From NCBI GenBank assembly GCA_044350895.1, contig JBILGT010000004.1, positions 3,829-67,828 of the forward strand: DNA of 64,000 nt. The letters are read 5' to 3'. How positions within the stretch are numbered: the stretch's first letter is position 1; each line of letters begins with the position of its first letter. The stretch comes from Limisphaerales bacterium. GTDB taxonomy: Bacteria > Patescibacteriota > Microgenomatia > UBA1400 > PJMF01. Both the position numbers and the translations under genes were made by a program. The notes beneath the pieces are model-generated. The model saw only the letters and a list, made by a program, of their open reading frames with translations, was not told where the DNA came from and did not search any database. Positions 9,807 to 19,481 of the stretch are shown here, piece after piece.

Positions 9807-10874
9807 TTAGGCCGTAACTTCTACAAGTGCGTCAGGCAAAAGCAGTACTGTATTCTCGTGGCGATAGCCAAATTGATTTTCTAGGTAAATTCCCGGTTCA
9901 ATAGTAATCGCCATTCCCACAGCCAGTGGGGTGACACTATTTTTGTAGAGTGATGGTTGCTCATGAATTTCCAGCCCAAGTCCATGCCCGGTGGTATGAA
10001 TAAATTTATCGCCATATCCAGCTTCACTAATGACACTCCGCGCGGCAGCATCGAGATCGGCGGTAGTTACACTGCCACTTTTATTTTGCGTCGCATCAAA
10101 GGCATTTTTGTATGCCTGTAAAACTGTTAATTCGATAGTAGTAAATTCTGCGGACGGGTTACTGCCATACCAAGTGGTGCGAGTCATATCAGCGCAGTAG
10201 TGGTCAACTTTAGCGCCAAGGTCAATCAAAATAACAGTTTCCTTTTTGAGTTTCGTAGCAGTCGGTTGGTGATGTGGAAGACTACTATGCGGCCCAAACG
10301 CCACAATACTGGGAAAGGCGAGTTCGCCTCCATTTTTTTTGATATAAGCTTCAATTTCATATGACAGTTCACGCTCAGTAATATCATCTAACACCAAACT
10401 AAGTGCGTGAGTGTATGCGTCTTTTGTCAGTTTTCCCGCGGCAGTAATTGCGCGTTGTTCTGCGAGATCTTTTATCTGTCTTAATTGCCAAATGTGTTGT
10501 CGCTCCAACGGTGTGAGCGTGAGTGACTGAAATGAAGTAAGTGCTTGGTATTCGTGCACAAATAAATTTCTCGTATCTATCAGCAATTCCTGAATACCCT
10601 GGGTAAGTAAAAGCTGTACAGTGGTGTGTAAACCCTCTGGTGATGGCTGTGTTTGGTAGGTGATTCCTTGAAACTTTTCAATGGGTGAGAAAGATGCGTG
10701 CAGCATAACTACCTGTGAAGTGGTGATAAGCAGAAACGCTTCTCGTTCTTCAGGTACCAGTGTTACAAATCCAGTAAAGTAGGCAATATCGGCAGCTTTA
10801 GAAAGTAAAATACCTTGAGATGGTGTGAGAATTTTTTGAAGTGATCGAATGCGAGGTAAAAAATTATCGCTCAT
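9807..10874 (-). CDS. M24-family metallopeptidase (Xaa-Pro aminopeptidase/prolidase type)
   Basis: HTTGHGLGLEIHEQP, GMAITIEPGIY and DMTRT are pita-bread-fold metal ligands. The ATG at 10874 is preferred; 10892 is also possible. Confidence 0.8.
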   Translation of the reverse strand: MSDNFLPRIRSLQKILTPSQGILLSKAADIAYFTGFVTLVPEEREAFLLITTSQVVMLHASFSPIEKFQGITYQTQPSPEGLHTTVQLLLTQGIQELLIDTRNLFVHEYQALTSFQSLTLTPLERQHIWQLRQIKDLAEQRAITAAGKLTKDAYTHALSLVLDDITERELSYEIEAYIKKNGGELAFPSIVAFGPHSSLPHHQPTATKLKKETVILIDLGAKVDHYCADMTRTTWYGSNPSAEFTTIELTVLQAYKNAFDATQNKSGSVTTADLDAAARSVISEAGYGDKFIHTTGHGLGLEIHEQPSLYKNSVTPLAVGMAITIEPGIYLENQFGYRHENTVLLLPDALVEVTA

Positions 10875-11604
10875 TTTGAGTGGCTTTGACATCAGTTAAT
10901 GATCTGAGTGTAGAAAGCTCAAGTTGATCTTTGTCGTTACGTGTTCCGACTACAAGGACTGAAAGATCTTCTTCAAAGTCAGTAACTTTGAGTGTACCAC
11001 CATCTGCGTTTTCGAATTTTGCAGCTTTTGGTAGTATAAATGTTTGTTCACCCTGATCACCGCGAGCCATGATGGTAATATTGGTTTTGGTAATTTTGGT
11101 AATAGTACCAAGCATCACAACTTTTTGTTTGGGTTTAAGCGCACTAGCTGAAACGATAATAATTTCTGGGGTAAATTTTTCGTTGGTTCCCATACCAAGG
11201 ACAGTGACCCAATTACCTACTTCAATTTCTTCTGCTTTAATTTTTTTGCCAGCACGCACGATTGTGATGTTTTCAGTGAGTGGCAAAATGCGTGAGTCGC
11301 CGTTTTGCTTAACGGTTAAAGCTTCTTGAGAGAGGCGTGAGACTTCACCAACAAATCCAAATTTATCAGAAAATAAATTGCTAATTGCGCCCCGAACTTG
11401 ATCGCGTTTGGCTACTTTTTCAATTCGTTTTTTAAGTTCAAGGGTGGTTTCCTCTGGTGATGCAGAAGGGGAAGCATCGCTAGAAACCGCACTTTTGGTG
11501 GCAGGTGCTGTAGCGGCGTAGGAAATAGTTGGTATATACATACTTCCGATGAGGAAGCTTGAAAGGCAAAGTGAAAATACTGCTGTTTTAAGTGTTGTAT
11601 GCAT
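10864..11604 (-). CDS. secreted hypothetical protein with signal peptide
   Basis: N-terminal hydrophobic signal sequence followed by an Ala/Ser/Pro linker. No recognisable catalytic motif. Confidence 0.5.
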   Translation of the reverse strand: MHTTLKTAVFSLCLSSFLIGSMYIPTISYAATAPATKSAVSSDASPSASPEETTLELKKRIEKVAKRDQVRGAISNLFSDKFGFVGEVSRLSQEALTVKQNGDSRILPLTENITIVRAGKKIKAEEIEVGNWVTVLGMGTNEKFTPEIIIVSASALKPKQKVVMLGTITKITKTNITIMARGDQGEQTFILPKAAKFENADGGTLKVTDFEEDLSVLVVGTRNDKDQLELSTLRSLTDVKATQNER

Positions 11605-11606
11605 AG

Positions 11607-12158
11607 TTATCTGGTTGTTGGTGTCGCTGTAGGTGAAGCCTTTGGTGTAGCTTTTGGCTGAACCGTTGGTTTTACCGTAGCTTTTGGTGTTGGACTGGGC
11701 TTGGCACTTGGTGTGGCAGTTTCGATCTCAGTAATAGGTTGATCGTACAGAGTGGTAACCACAACAGTTCGCTCTTTGGTGACTGTCTTACCATCTTCTG
11801 TGAGAACTTTTACTGTTAATAGATTACTGCCATCTTCCAACGACACTTCAAAACTAAAATTTCCGTCTCCATCACTCTGTCTAATGTATTCAGTATTATT
11901 CACAAATAATACTACATAGACCTCAGGAATTGTACTGCCAGTTACGGTAGTAGACTTCTCCTTTTGGACGCGGCCATCTTCGGGACTGTGGATAGTAATA
12001 AGACTATCAGAAGCGTTGGGAGCTGCGCTGGATGCAGGTGAAGTAACGGGATTCGCAGTTTTTCTGTTGCTTGAAATTCGAAGGCGATAAATACCATATG
12101 TAATTACCAAGCCAAGTAGGAAGCCAATCACAACTGCAACAAGCATTTCTTTTTTCAT
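11607..12158 (-). CDS. membrane-anchored hypothetical protein with Pro/Thr/Lys-rich C-terminal tail
   Basis: N-terminal transmembrane segment and a C-terminal PT-repeat tract (PSPTPKATVKPTVQPKATPKASPTATP). Confidence 0.5.
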   Translation of the reverse strand: MKKEMLVAVVIGFLLGLVITYGIYRLRISSNRKTANPVTSPASSAAPNASDSLITIHSPEDGRVQKEKSTTVTGSTIPEVYVVLFVNNTEYIRQSDGDGNFSFEVSLEDGSNLLTVKVLTEDGKTVTKERTVVVTTLYDQPITEIETATPSAKPSPTPKATVKPTVQPKATPKASPTATPTTR

Positions 12159-12352
12159 AACGTACGGTATTCATTATAACTCATGTACTAAGGTAGCGCG
12201 TACTGAGAGACAGTGGTATTATTACTCCACTGATTTGAATCGCACTATAGTGCATAGAGTTACGAACAGTGTAATAGGGTAGCAAGTAGTTGTATCGTTG
12301 TCTAGCGTAATAGCGAAACAGTACGTATCAGCAGTACAAGGAGTATCACAAC

Positions 12353-13015
12353 ATGACAATTACATATCATGGTCATTCATCATTTAAGCTTAAGGGTAAG
12401 CGCGGTATGGTGGTAACAGATCCATATGAGGCGTATGTTGGTTTCAACTTACCAGCTTTGACTGCAGATATTGTTACGGTATCCCATGATCACCCTGATC
12501 ACAACGCTGCTAGTAAAGTCAAAGGTACCACGCGTCGAGAAAAACCTTTTGTGATTGATAAGCCAGGTGAGTATGAGCTTGGTGGTATTTCTGTCTTTGG
12601 TGTTCCGTCATATCACGACAACAGTAAAGGTAGTGAGCGTGGCCGTAATACGATATTTACAATTTTGCTTGATGATCTGCGTGTCTGTCATCTGGGTGAC
12701 TTAGGTCACGAGATTACTGCTGAAATTCAAGAAGATATCGGTGAAGTTGATATTCTTATGGTCCCAGTGGGTGGTGTATTTTCACTCAATTCTGAACAAG
12801 CAGTCAAGGCAATTCGTGCGCTCGAGCCAAGTATTGTTATCCCAATGCATTACAAAACAGATGCACATGATCAAAACTTATTTGGTGAAATGCAGACTGT
12901 TGGTCAGTTTTTGAAAGAGTATGGAGTAGAAGTAACTCCAGTTGCCAAACTTGATATTGAAAAAATCAATTTACCAGAAGAAACTGAAGTTGTAGTTTTA
13001 GTTGAACAAATTTAA
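12353..13015 (+). CDS. metallo-beta-lactamase-fold metal-dependent hydrolase (UPF0173-like)
   Basis: MTITYHGHSSF ... VSHDHPDHN is an HxHxDH zinc-binding motif. Confidence 0.75.
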   Translation: MTITYHGHSSFKLKGKRGMVVTDPYEAYVGFNLPALTADIVTVSHDHPDHNAASKVKGTTRREKPFVIDKPGEYELGGISVFGVPSYHDNSKGSERGRNTIFTILLDDLRVCHLGDLGHEITAEIQEDIGEVDILMVPVGGVFSLNSEQAVKAIRALEPSIVIPMHYKTDAHDQNLFGEMQTVGQFLKEYGVEVTPVAKLDIEKINLPEETEVVVLVEQI

Positions 13016-13026
13016 ATAAGGAATAT

Positions 13027-14337
13027 ATGGCAAAACCGAAGCTGCCTCCTCACGATACCGAGGCAGAAAAGTCTTTGCTGGGTGCACTGCTTGTTGATCC
13101 TGATGCGTTAGTCAAGGTCGCTGACTTAATTAAGCCAGAAAGTTTTTACAATCCTGCACACAACATTATTTATGCTGCAATAGAACATCTCTATGAAAAG
13201 CGGCAGCCTGTTGATGCAATTACCCTGACCAATCAGCTCAAGAAGATGAAAAAGCTTGATGAAGCTGGCGGAACAGCAGCCCTTGCTCATCTTTCTAATA
13301 TTCTCTCAACTGCTGCCAATGTGGTGGAGTACGCCAAAGTTGTGGCGTCATTATATGTCAAACGTCGCATTATCTCGATCTCAGCAGAGCTGACCGAGCA
13401 GGCGTTCGATGATTCCAAAGAATCAAATGACGTGCTTGATTCAGCCGAACAAAAAGTCTTTGCAATTTCTCAAAGTAATGGCAGTCGAGCATTTACCAGT
13501 ATCAAGGATACGTTGGTAGAGAGTTTCGAGCGCCTTGATGAACTACAGCGTAACGGTGGGGAGCTCAGAGGCGTCCCAACAGGCTTTGCTGATCTAGATC
13601 AGCTCTTGGCAGGTATGCAGAAGTCAAACCTGCTTATTCTGGCAGCTCGGCCAGGTATGGGAAAAACTGCATTTGCCCTTAATATTGCGCATCACGTTGT
13701 GGTTACGGCAAAGCAGCGAGTGGGCGTATTCTCATTGGAAATGAGTAGAGAAGAGTTGGTGGACCGGTTGCTGGTTTCTCAGGCAGATATTGATGCATGG
13801 CGTTTGAAAACTGGACGGCTAGATCAACAGGACTTCATGAAGCTTTCTGATGCCATGGGTGTTTTGGCTGATGCGCAGCTTTTTATTGACGATTCTCCTG
13901 GTCTTACTATTTTTGAAATGAGAACTCGTGCTCGACGTCTGATGACAGAACATCACATCGATTTCTTGGTTGTTGACTATCTCCAGCTCGCCCAAGGTCG
14001 TACCAAAGATAATCGTGTCCAAGAAGTGGGTGAAATTTCTCAGGGATTAAAGAATATTGCTCGTGAACTAAAAATTCCAGTTTTGGCACTGGCTCAGTTG
14101 TCGCGTGCTGTGGAAAGTCGCGGCGAGCGTGTGCCACAACTTTCAGACCTTCGTGAATCTGGATCTATTGAGCAAGATGCTGACGTCGTGATGTTCTTGT
14201 ACCGTAAAGATGATGATGTGCGCGAATCAGTTAACTTAAAAATTGCCAAACACCGTAATGGTGCGCTGGGTGATATTGACCTGTATTTCAAGGGCGACCG
14301 TATTAAATTCTATGGTATGGAAACAAGAAGAGGCTAG
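13027..14337 (+). CDS. dnaB: replicative DNA helicase
   Basis: HDTEAEKSLLGALL N-terminal domain, Walker A GMGKTAFALNIA and RecA-like C-terminal motifs. Confidence 0.9.
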   Translation: MAKPKLPPHDTEAEKSLLGALLVDPDALVKVADLIKPESFYNPAHNIIYAAIEHLYEKRQPVDAITLTNQLKKMKKLDEAGGTAALAHLSNILSTAANVVEYAKVVASLYVKRRIISISAELTEQAFDDSKESNDVLDSAEQKVFAISQSNGSRAFTSIKDTLVESFERLDELQRNGGELRGVPTGFADLDQLLAGMQKSNLLILAARPGMGKTAFALNIAHHVVVTAKQRVGVFSLEMSREELVDRLLVSQADIDAWRLKTGRLDQQDFMKLSDAMGVLADAQLFIDDSPGLTIFEMRTRARRLMTEHHIDFLVVDYLQLAQGRTKDNRVQEVGEISQGLKNIARELKIPVLALAQLSRAVESRGERVPQLSDLRESGSIEQDADVVMFLYRKDDDVRESVNLKIAKHRNGALGDIDLYFKGDRIKFYGMETRRG

Positions 14338-14343
14338 GTTGAA

Positions 14344-14586
14344 TTAGCTTCGAGGTGCTGCTGAGAAGCCAAACAGCAGATAGACAAGTGTCCCTGAGAG
14401 AACGATAAATAACAAAATAAATCCCAGATTTTGCTTAATCTTTGAATGGCCTTGTTCTGGACGAGGTGTGTCTGTACTGACAATTATGCCGCCGGCAATG
14501 ACAACCCAAAAGAGTCCACGCAGAATAACTGACCAGATGCTTGTGACATCAAGCAGCGATTGCACGATTGTGCGAATAGTTTCCAT
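14344..14586 (-). CDS. small hypothetical membrane protein (80 aa, two transmembrane segments)
   Basis: ORF with two hydrophobic helices, convergent with dnaB. Confidence 0.35.
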   Translation of the reverse strand: METIRTIVQSLLDVTSIWSVILRGLFWVVIAGGIIVSTDTPRPEQGHSKIKQNLGFILLFIVLSGTLVYLLFGFSAAPRS

Positions 14587-14691
14587 AACACAATCAATAT
14601 GAATGAAATTGAGAAAAAAAGCAAATTTATCGATTGGCTATAATTTTTTGAGAATAAAATTTACAGTAATTTTTGTTACAACTGAGCGTTA

Positions 14692-15888
14692 TTAGGGAGC
14701 TAAAAAAGCCCATGAAAAGCGAGCATACTCTTTGAGTATCCTTCGTTGAATTGGTAATAGAGTGGCTGCTGCTTCAGGGTTAATACCTTTAATTTGCTCA
14801 TCTTTAACTGTCATCTCAGTAGGTTTAACAAGTGGAAAGTGTCTTGACCAACTCCTTAATAAACGGGGAACAATAGCCCATTTGCGAATACCTTTTTCCC
14901 AGTCGAATTCAATACCAATTGAGCCATTTGCCCCATGATACATATTTTTCCAAGTTTCAGGGTGTTCAACAATTATATTTTCCTTATATAAATTTAGTAA
15001 TCTTAGCGATGTAGTACTTAAAGTATATGTATCAGTAAGAATTTTTAATCTTTCTTCACGCTCAGCAACTGGTAAGAGCTTAATTTGGGATTGTTCCAAC
15101 CGCAATGCCTCTAAATCCACAAAGCAATTTGCAAATTCATCCCAGATTTCAAGCCATACTTGGGTGATTTCTTTCATTTGTTGTAATTCATCGTCTGAAA
15201 TAGGAAGAGTAACTGGTTTTTCGCAGATTGTAATAACATTCTTTTGTGTTTGTGTAAAATCTATATCTGGAAAAGCTGATCTCATGCTATCTACAAAAAT
15301 AAAAACATTTGGATCTCTATCTAAATACTCATATCCCTCAAAGTCTCCCAGCCTTCCATTTGGTGTAAATGCGTCTGGAAACTCGGCTAGACTGTGACCA
15401 TATGCTTGAATATGCAGATGAAAAGGTAAAAAGCTCGTGTTATATGAAGTTTTTGGATTGATATCATGTGGTCCAAAGTGTTGAAACATGTAACTTTTAT
15501 CTAAATTATGTCCGTCGGCTCTACATGTGTTCACAACTGATCCATGTAGGATCTGAGCAAAATTAAAAAATGTTTTAAGGTCTGATAATTCTAGTTCACT
15601 AATTTTATTGATAACAGGTGAATCTGATGTCATAGGTATTAACGACATCATTGCCTCATAAGGGCGTGAGGGGGCATATTTTGGAAAAATTACGACCTTA
15701 TGGGTTCCCTGATTAATGTCACCTGCAACAAACGCTACACCTTCATCAATAAGTGTCTGTAAACCCGCATCCAATAACTCATCATATACTGGTTTGTCCA
15801 TATTAGGACGTTTGCCATTTGGAAAACGAAACTTATCTACAATTGAGTAAGAGTAAAAAACTGGTATTTCACGACTCATGTTAGGCAT
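14692..15888 (-). CDS. hypothetical protein with HIT-superfamily GalT-branch-like HxHxQ motif (candidate nucleotidyltransferase/phosphorylase)
   Basis: FLPFHLHIQAYGH follows the H-phi-H-phi-Q pattern of GalT/Ap4A-phosphorylase-type HIT folds. No other recognisable family motif. Confidence 0.35.
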   Translation of the reverse strand: MPNMSREIPVFYSYSIVDKFRFPNGKRPNMDKPVYDELLDAGLQTLIDEGVAFVAGDINQGTHKVVIFPKYAPSRPYEAMMSLIPMTSDSPVINKISELELSDLKTFFNFAQILHGSVVNTCRADGHNLDKSYMFQHFGPHDINPKTSYNTSFLPFHLHIQAYGHSLAEFPDAFTPNGRLGDFEGYEYLDRDPNVFIFVDSMRSAFPDIDFTQTQKNVITICEKPVTLPISDDELQQMKEITQVWLEIWDEFANCFVDLEALRLEQSQIKLLPVAEREERLKILTDTYTLSTTSLRLLNLYKENIIVEHPETWKNMYHGANGSIGIEFDWEKGIRKWAIVPRLLRSWSRHFPLVKPTEMTVKDEQIKGINPEAAATLLPIQRRILKEYARFSWAFLAP

Positions 15889-15906
15889 AACTTAAGTCAA
15901 TTACTT

Positions 15907-16632
15907 TTACGATTCAGTATCTCTTGATAACAAATTTCTTTGTTCAATAAAGAAATCACGCAGCAACCCAATTTCCCGTATGAGGTTTTTTTTCGAATCA
16001 CTACTGTGAAATACAGTATTGTGTTCACTTCCTTGGAAGAGAGAACGAAGTGTTCCGTAGTACCGTGAGGTTTTCAAAACCTTTAAACGCCACTCGGCAC
16101 CAACGTTTTTGCGCCATGTTTCAATTGCATCATTCCCTTCAAGAAATAGCACTGTGGTTGGCCAATGAAGCATAGTATATGCCCATTCATGCCAACGATT
16201 AGGATGTTCGACTTCATATCTAGAAGAGTTTATGGCAGGTTTTCTGAGCTGACGTCTTTGTGCTCCGCCTTTATAAAAATCTTGTAAAAGTGGATAGTCG
16301 AAGATGAGTGAAAAAACTGCAAATGGAAATAATCCTAGGTTGGGTGAAAAAGTGTAATTAATCAATGCTTCTGTTAATTCTGGATCTGATAAACCGGGCT
16401 CAGTATTAAGTAATAAATGTCCATTGTAGCTAATAGCCTCATCCATGCGTGGTTTGATAAGAGCAATTGTTACTTCTCCTTGTTGTAAAGCCGTACTGGA
16501 TGCGACGGAGTCGAGTAGTGAAACAACGGTATTAACTTTGCCAATAAGTGGAAGGGCATCATGATTACTAGTAAGAAAAGTATTCCCTTTATCTGAGTAA
16601 AGTGGTTGGCGTTCAATGAGTGCCTTAGTCAT
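15907..16632 (-). CDS. hypothetical protein (241 aa), co-oriented with and 18 nt upstream of the HxHxQ protein
   Basis: Long ORF with coding-like composition and no recognisable motifs. Confidence 0.5.
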   Translation of the reverse strand: MTKALIERQPLYSDKGNTFLTSNHDALPLIGKVNTVVSLLDSVASSTALQQGEVTIALIKPRMDEAISYNGHLLLNTEPGLSDPELTEALINYTFSPNLGLFPFAVFSLIFDYPLLQDFYKGGAQRRQLRKPAINSSRYEVEHPNRWHEWAYTMLHWPTTVLFLEGNDAIETWRKNVGAEWRLKVLKTSRYYGTLRSLFQGSEHNTVFHSSDSKKNLIREIGLLRDFFIEQRNLLSRDTES

Positions 16633-16760
16633 ACAAAAATGTATTACTACCTATAGTATATCATATAATACATATTTATTATGTATTTAAAATGATTTAA
16701 TCCCAATATTTATAACGAAATTCTAGGAGCAAATGAGGCTTATGATATGGGAAAAAGTGT

Positions 16761-16766
16761 TATAAT
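16761..16766 (+). promoter_or_regulatory. -10 box (TATAAT) positioned for tRNA-Leu transcription
   Basis: TATAAT lies 16 nt upstream of the tRNA 5' end in an AT-rich region. Confidence 0.35.
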
Positions 16767-16781
16767 ACACCTCTGTATCTT

Positions 16782-16867
16782 GCCACTGTGGCGGAACTGG
16801 TAGACGCGTGGGTCTCAAAAACCCATGAGCCTTAAAACTCGTGTCGGTTCGATTCCGACCAGTGGCA
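16782..16867 (+). tRNA. tRNA-Leu (anticodon CAA), type II with long variable arm
   Basis: Acceptor GCCACTG/CAGTGGC, anticodon loop CTCAAAA, long variable arm TGAGCCTTAAAACTCGT, T-loop TTCGATT. CCA is not encoded. Confidence 0.85.
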
Positions 16868-16887
16868 CATTATGGTAGTATGAGTAA

Positions 16888-17817
16888 GTGAGCGAAAACG
16901 ATTCATTATTTACCCTTCCATTTACCGTTATAGAACAGCTTGGGACTCGGTCAGAGTTATCCCCTGAAAGATATAAGCCTTCATACATTTCAAGAATTTT
17001 AAATAGAGCAATTGCTCCAGAATTTCATAATCCACAAGCAAGATTTTTGAGGGGTCATTTTTTTATTGAGCCACCAGAACGCTTCTCAACATTAAATTCT
17101 GGCAGCAGAATAACTTTTAATTCAGGTGATAAGCAGGTGGTGCTGGAAGGAATGTCATACCCAGGATCAACTCATGGTAAGGAACTATTTGATCAACTTG
17201 ATGAAAAGGTTTCTAACATAGATGTAAAAAGCTTGAATGAAGAGCAGTTATCAATTGTCGCTGCATTTTTAACTATTTGTAGCGTTACTATTCATCCATT
17301 TCGCGATTCAAATGGCAGAGGAGCAGTAGGATTAGCTGATGTATTTCTCAGATCTAACACAGGTACAACCTTCGATTATGAGAAATTGGTTGAGCATAAT
17401 CAAACTTTAGTTAATTTATTAGTGATTGGTTCATTAAGTTTATTGCCACCCTCCCACAATCCTGAAATATGTGCCATGCAGATGGCCGTTGAGGACAAAT
17501 ATTTGGAAATAAAAATTCCTAACATGCAGAATGCTTCAGTTGAAGAGGTATCAGCATTTCTGAAAGATTTTTCAGATACTATCACCGCATTCATACGAAC
17601 TTTTGATGTGGCTCAAGCCACTGAAAAACCTGCCAGAATATTTGATCCCAACTATAGTATTCATAAGTTGGCGGCACTTTTCAGAGAAGTACATAAACCG
17701 ATCGATAGTCAGGAACGTGTTAAACAGATCCAGGCCAATATAAAAGCTATTTTTCAAGCGGAGCAGGCGTTGCAAAGCAGAACCGCTGAGACACCACCTA
17801 CCGAAGCAGATAAATAG
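16888..17817 (+). CDS. Fic/Doc-family protein (candidate AMPylase/toxin-like)
   Basis: TIHPFRDSNGRGAVGL matches the Fic core HPFx(D/E)GNGR with G replaced by S. A GTG start at 16888 lies 20 nt after the tRNA; the start is uncertain. Confidence 0.5.
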   Translation: MSENDSLFTLPFTVIEQLGTRSELSPERYKPSYISRILNRAIAPEFHNPQARFLRGHFFIEPPERFSTLNSGSRITFNSGDKQVVLEGMSYPGSTHGKELFDQLDEKVSNIDVKSLNEEQLSIVAAFLTICSVTIHPFRDSNGRGAVGLADVFLRSNTGTTFDYEKLVEHNQTLVNLLVIGSLSLLPPSHNPEICAMQMAVEDKYLEIKIPNMQNASVEEVSAFLKDFSDTITAFIRTFDVAQATEKPARIFDPNYSIHKLAALFREVHKPIDSQERVKQIQANIKAIFQAEQALQSRTAETPPTEADK

Positions 17818-18247
17818 CAATCACCAGGATAATTTGAGGAGCAAGTCCGAGCCACATATTGGGAATTGAGTGGTGGAATTTGCCGTGCAGATCATTGAAT
17901 GGCTTAAGGAAAAATGGTTCCCATTTTAAGAAATTGCGTGGTGCTTCCATAAAATCTGGAACAAGCCCAACAAATGCGCCGAAGGCAATATGATAGAACG
18001 CTGGTGTTCCCACTGCATCCTTCCAAAAATAGTAGACTAGCCCAATTGTAATTGCTAAATCAACAAGTTCCAACAAAATTGCCGTACTACGTTTTCGTTT
18101 TCCTTTGGAAAGGCCAGTGCCCACATCCCAGTGAGGCATCCAGTCTTGGAGGTAGTGAAATGCCAACGTGATCGGGACGTAGATAAACGGATTTGGAATC
18201 TTGCTAGCAATAAACGCACCGGTGAGCGAGTGGGGTATAGAGAGCAT
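17798..18247 (-). CDS. hypothetical integral membrane protein (149 aa)
   Basis: Several hydrophobic helices and His/Asp-rich loops. Confidence 0.45.
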   Translation of the reverse strand: MLSIPHSLTGAFIASKIPNPFIYVPITLAFHYLQDWMPHWDVGTGLSKGKRKRSTAILLELVDLAITIGLVYYFWKDAVGTPAFYHIAFGAFVGLVPDFMEAPRNFLKWEPFFLKPFNDLHGKFHHSIPNMWLGLAPQIILVIAIYLLR

Positions 18248-18276
18248 ACGAGAATATAGTATACAATAACTGTTGT

Positions 18277-19092
18277 ATGTTTCCTGTACTTCTTAGCTTC
18301 GGACCATTCGAACTGCGCACACTGAGTGTTTTTCTTATTGTGGCTTTTTTAACCAGTTCTTTTATTTTCTGGCGAAAGGGAAGAGAAGAGCATTACAATG
18401 AGGGTGAATTTTTTGATGGATTTATTCTGGCCACACTGGTTGGATTCGTGGCTGGCCGAGTGGGATTCATTGCACTCAACTATGAGCGATTTGGCCTAGC
18501 AGTACTGCACTGGTTTGATATTTTTGCCTACCCAGGCATAAATGGCGTGATTGGGCTACTGTGTGCCACAGTATATTTATATCGATATGCTCAGCACAAC
18601 AAATGGGATGTTTTTGAAGTTTTAGACTTCTGGGTGCTTTCACTCACCAGTGGACTGACGCTGGGATACATTGGGCTATTTTTTGATGGAACAGCAGTGG
18701 GAAGAGCCACAACGTTACCAATTGGACTTGTTTTCCCTGGTTTAATCGAGCCACACCACCCTGCACAACTCTATGCTGCATTCTTTTTTGGAATTATCAG
18801 TATGTATCTGAGTCGAGTAGAGTATCGCTATCGCACGTTTGAGTGGTATCGATCTGGCAAAAAAACAGCGCAAACGGGTTTCCTTGTTAGTATTTTCTTG
18901 ATAGCGACATCGCTCTTTTTCTTTATTGTCAGTTGGGTAAAAACACCAGTTTTCTCAATTGCTGGAATAGATCTTGATAGAATCCTAGCACTACTGGCAT
19001 TTGTAGGTGGCGTAATATTACTCTATACCAGATCTGGTAGAACATTTCTTAAACGCAAACCAGCATATTCACCAGTAAATTCAGAATCATGA
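18277..19092 (+). CDS. lgt: prolipoprotein diacylglyceryl transferase-like
   Basis: N-terminal FGPFELRTLSVFLIVAFL ... polytopic profile consistent with Lgt. It is immediately upstream of lspA with an ATGA overlap. Confidence 0.55.
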   Translation: MFPVLLSFGPFELRTLSVFLIVAFLTSSFIFWRKGREEHYNEGEFFDGFILATLVGFVAGRVGFIALNYERFGLAVLHWFDIFAYPGINGVIGLLCATVYLYRYAQHNKWDVFEVLDFWVLSLTSGLTLGYIGLFFDGTAVGRATTLPIGLVFPGLIEPHHPAQLYAAFFFGIISMYLSRVEYRYRTFEWYRSGKKTAQTGFLVSIFLIATSLFFFIVSWVKTPVFSIAGIDLDRILALLAFVGGVILLYTRSGRTFLKRKPAYSPVNSES

Positions 19093-19481
19093 AGTACTCA
19101 GTACCACTTTTTTTTGTTGCCCTGATTGTCGATCAGTTTTCAAAATTCATAGTGCAAAAGCAGAGTGGAATTATTCTCAACGATGGAGTGTCATTTGGTC
19201 TGTTCTCATTTGTTTCCCCTGTTATACTGCATATAGCAAGCCTTTTGCTGATAGTTGTTTTGACTTGGCAGTTTCTAGACTACTGGAAAAAACATCTGCT
19301 GGCGGCAAGTTTATTTTTTGCTGGCGCATTTTCTAATAGTCTTGATAGAATCTGGTGGGGTGGAGTTCGTGATTGGCTACCCATTCCAGGATTTGCACTC
19401 CATAATAATTTGGCCGACTGGTATATTGCAATTAGCTTGATTTATCTGGCATTATTTGAAATAAGAAAAAAATATGAATAA
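19089..19481 (+). CDS. lspA: lipoprotein signal peptidase II
   Basis: DQFSKF, NDGVSFGL and NSLDRIWWGGVRDWL match LspA conserved boxes. Confidence 0.7.
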   Translation: MKYSVPLFFVALIVDQFSKFIVQKQSGIILNDGVSFGLFSFVSPVILHIASLLLIVVLTWQFLDYWKKHLLAASLFFAGAFSNSLDRIWWGGVRDWLPIPGFALHNNLADWYIAISLIYLALFEIRKKYE

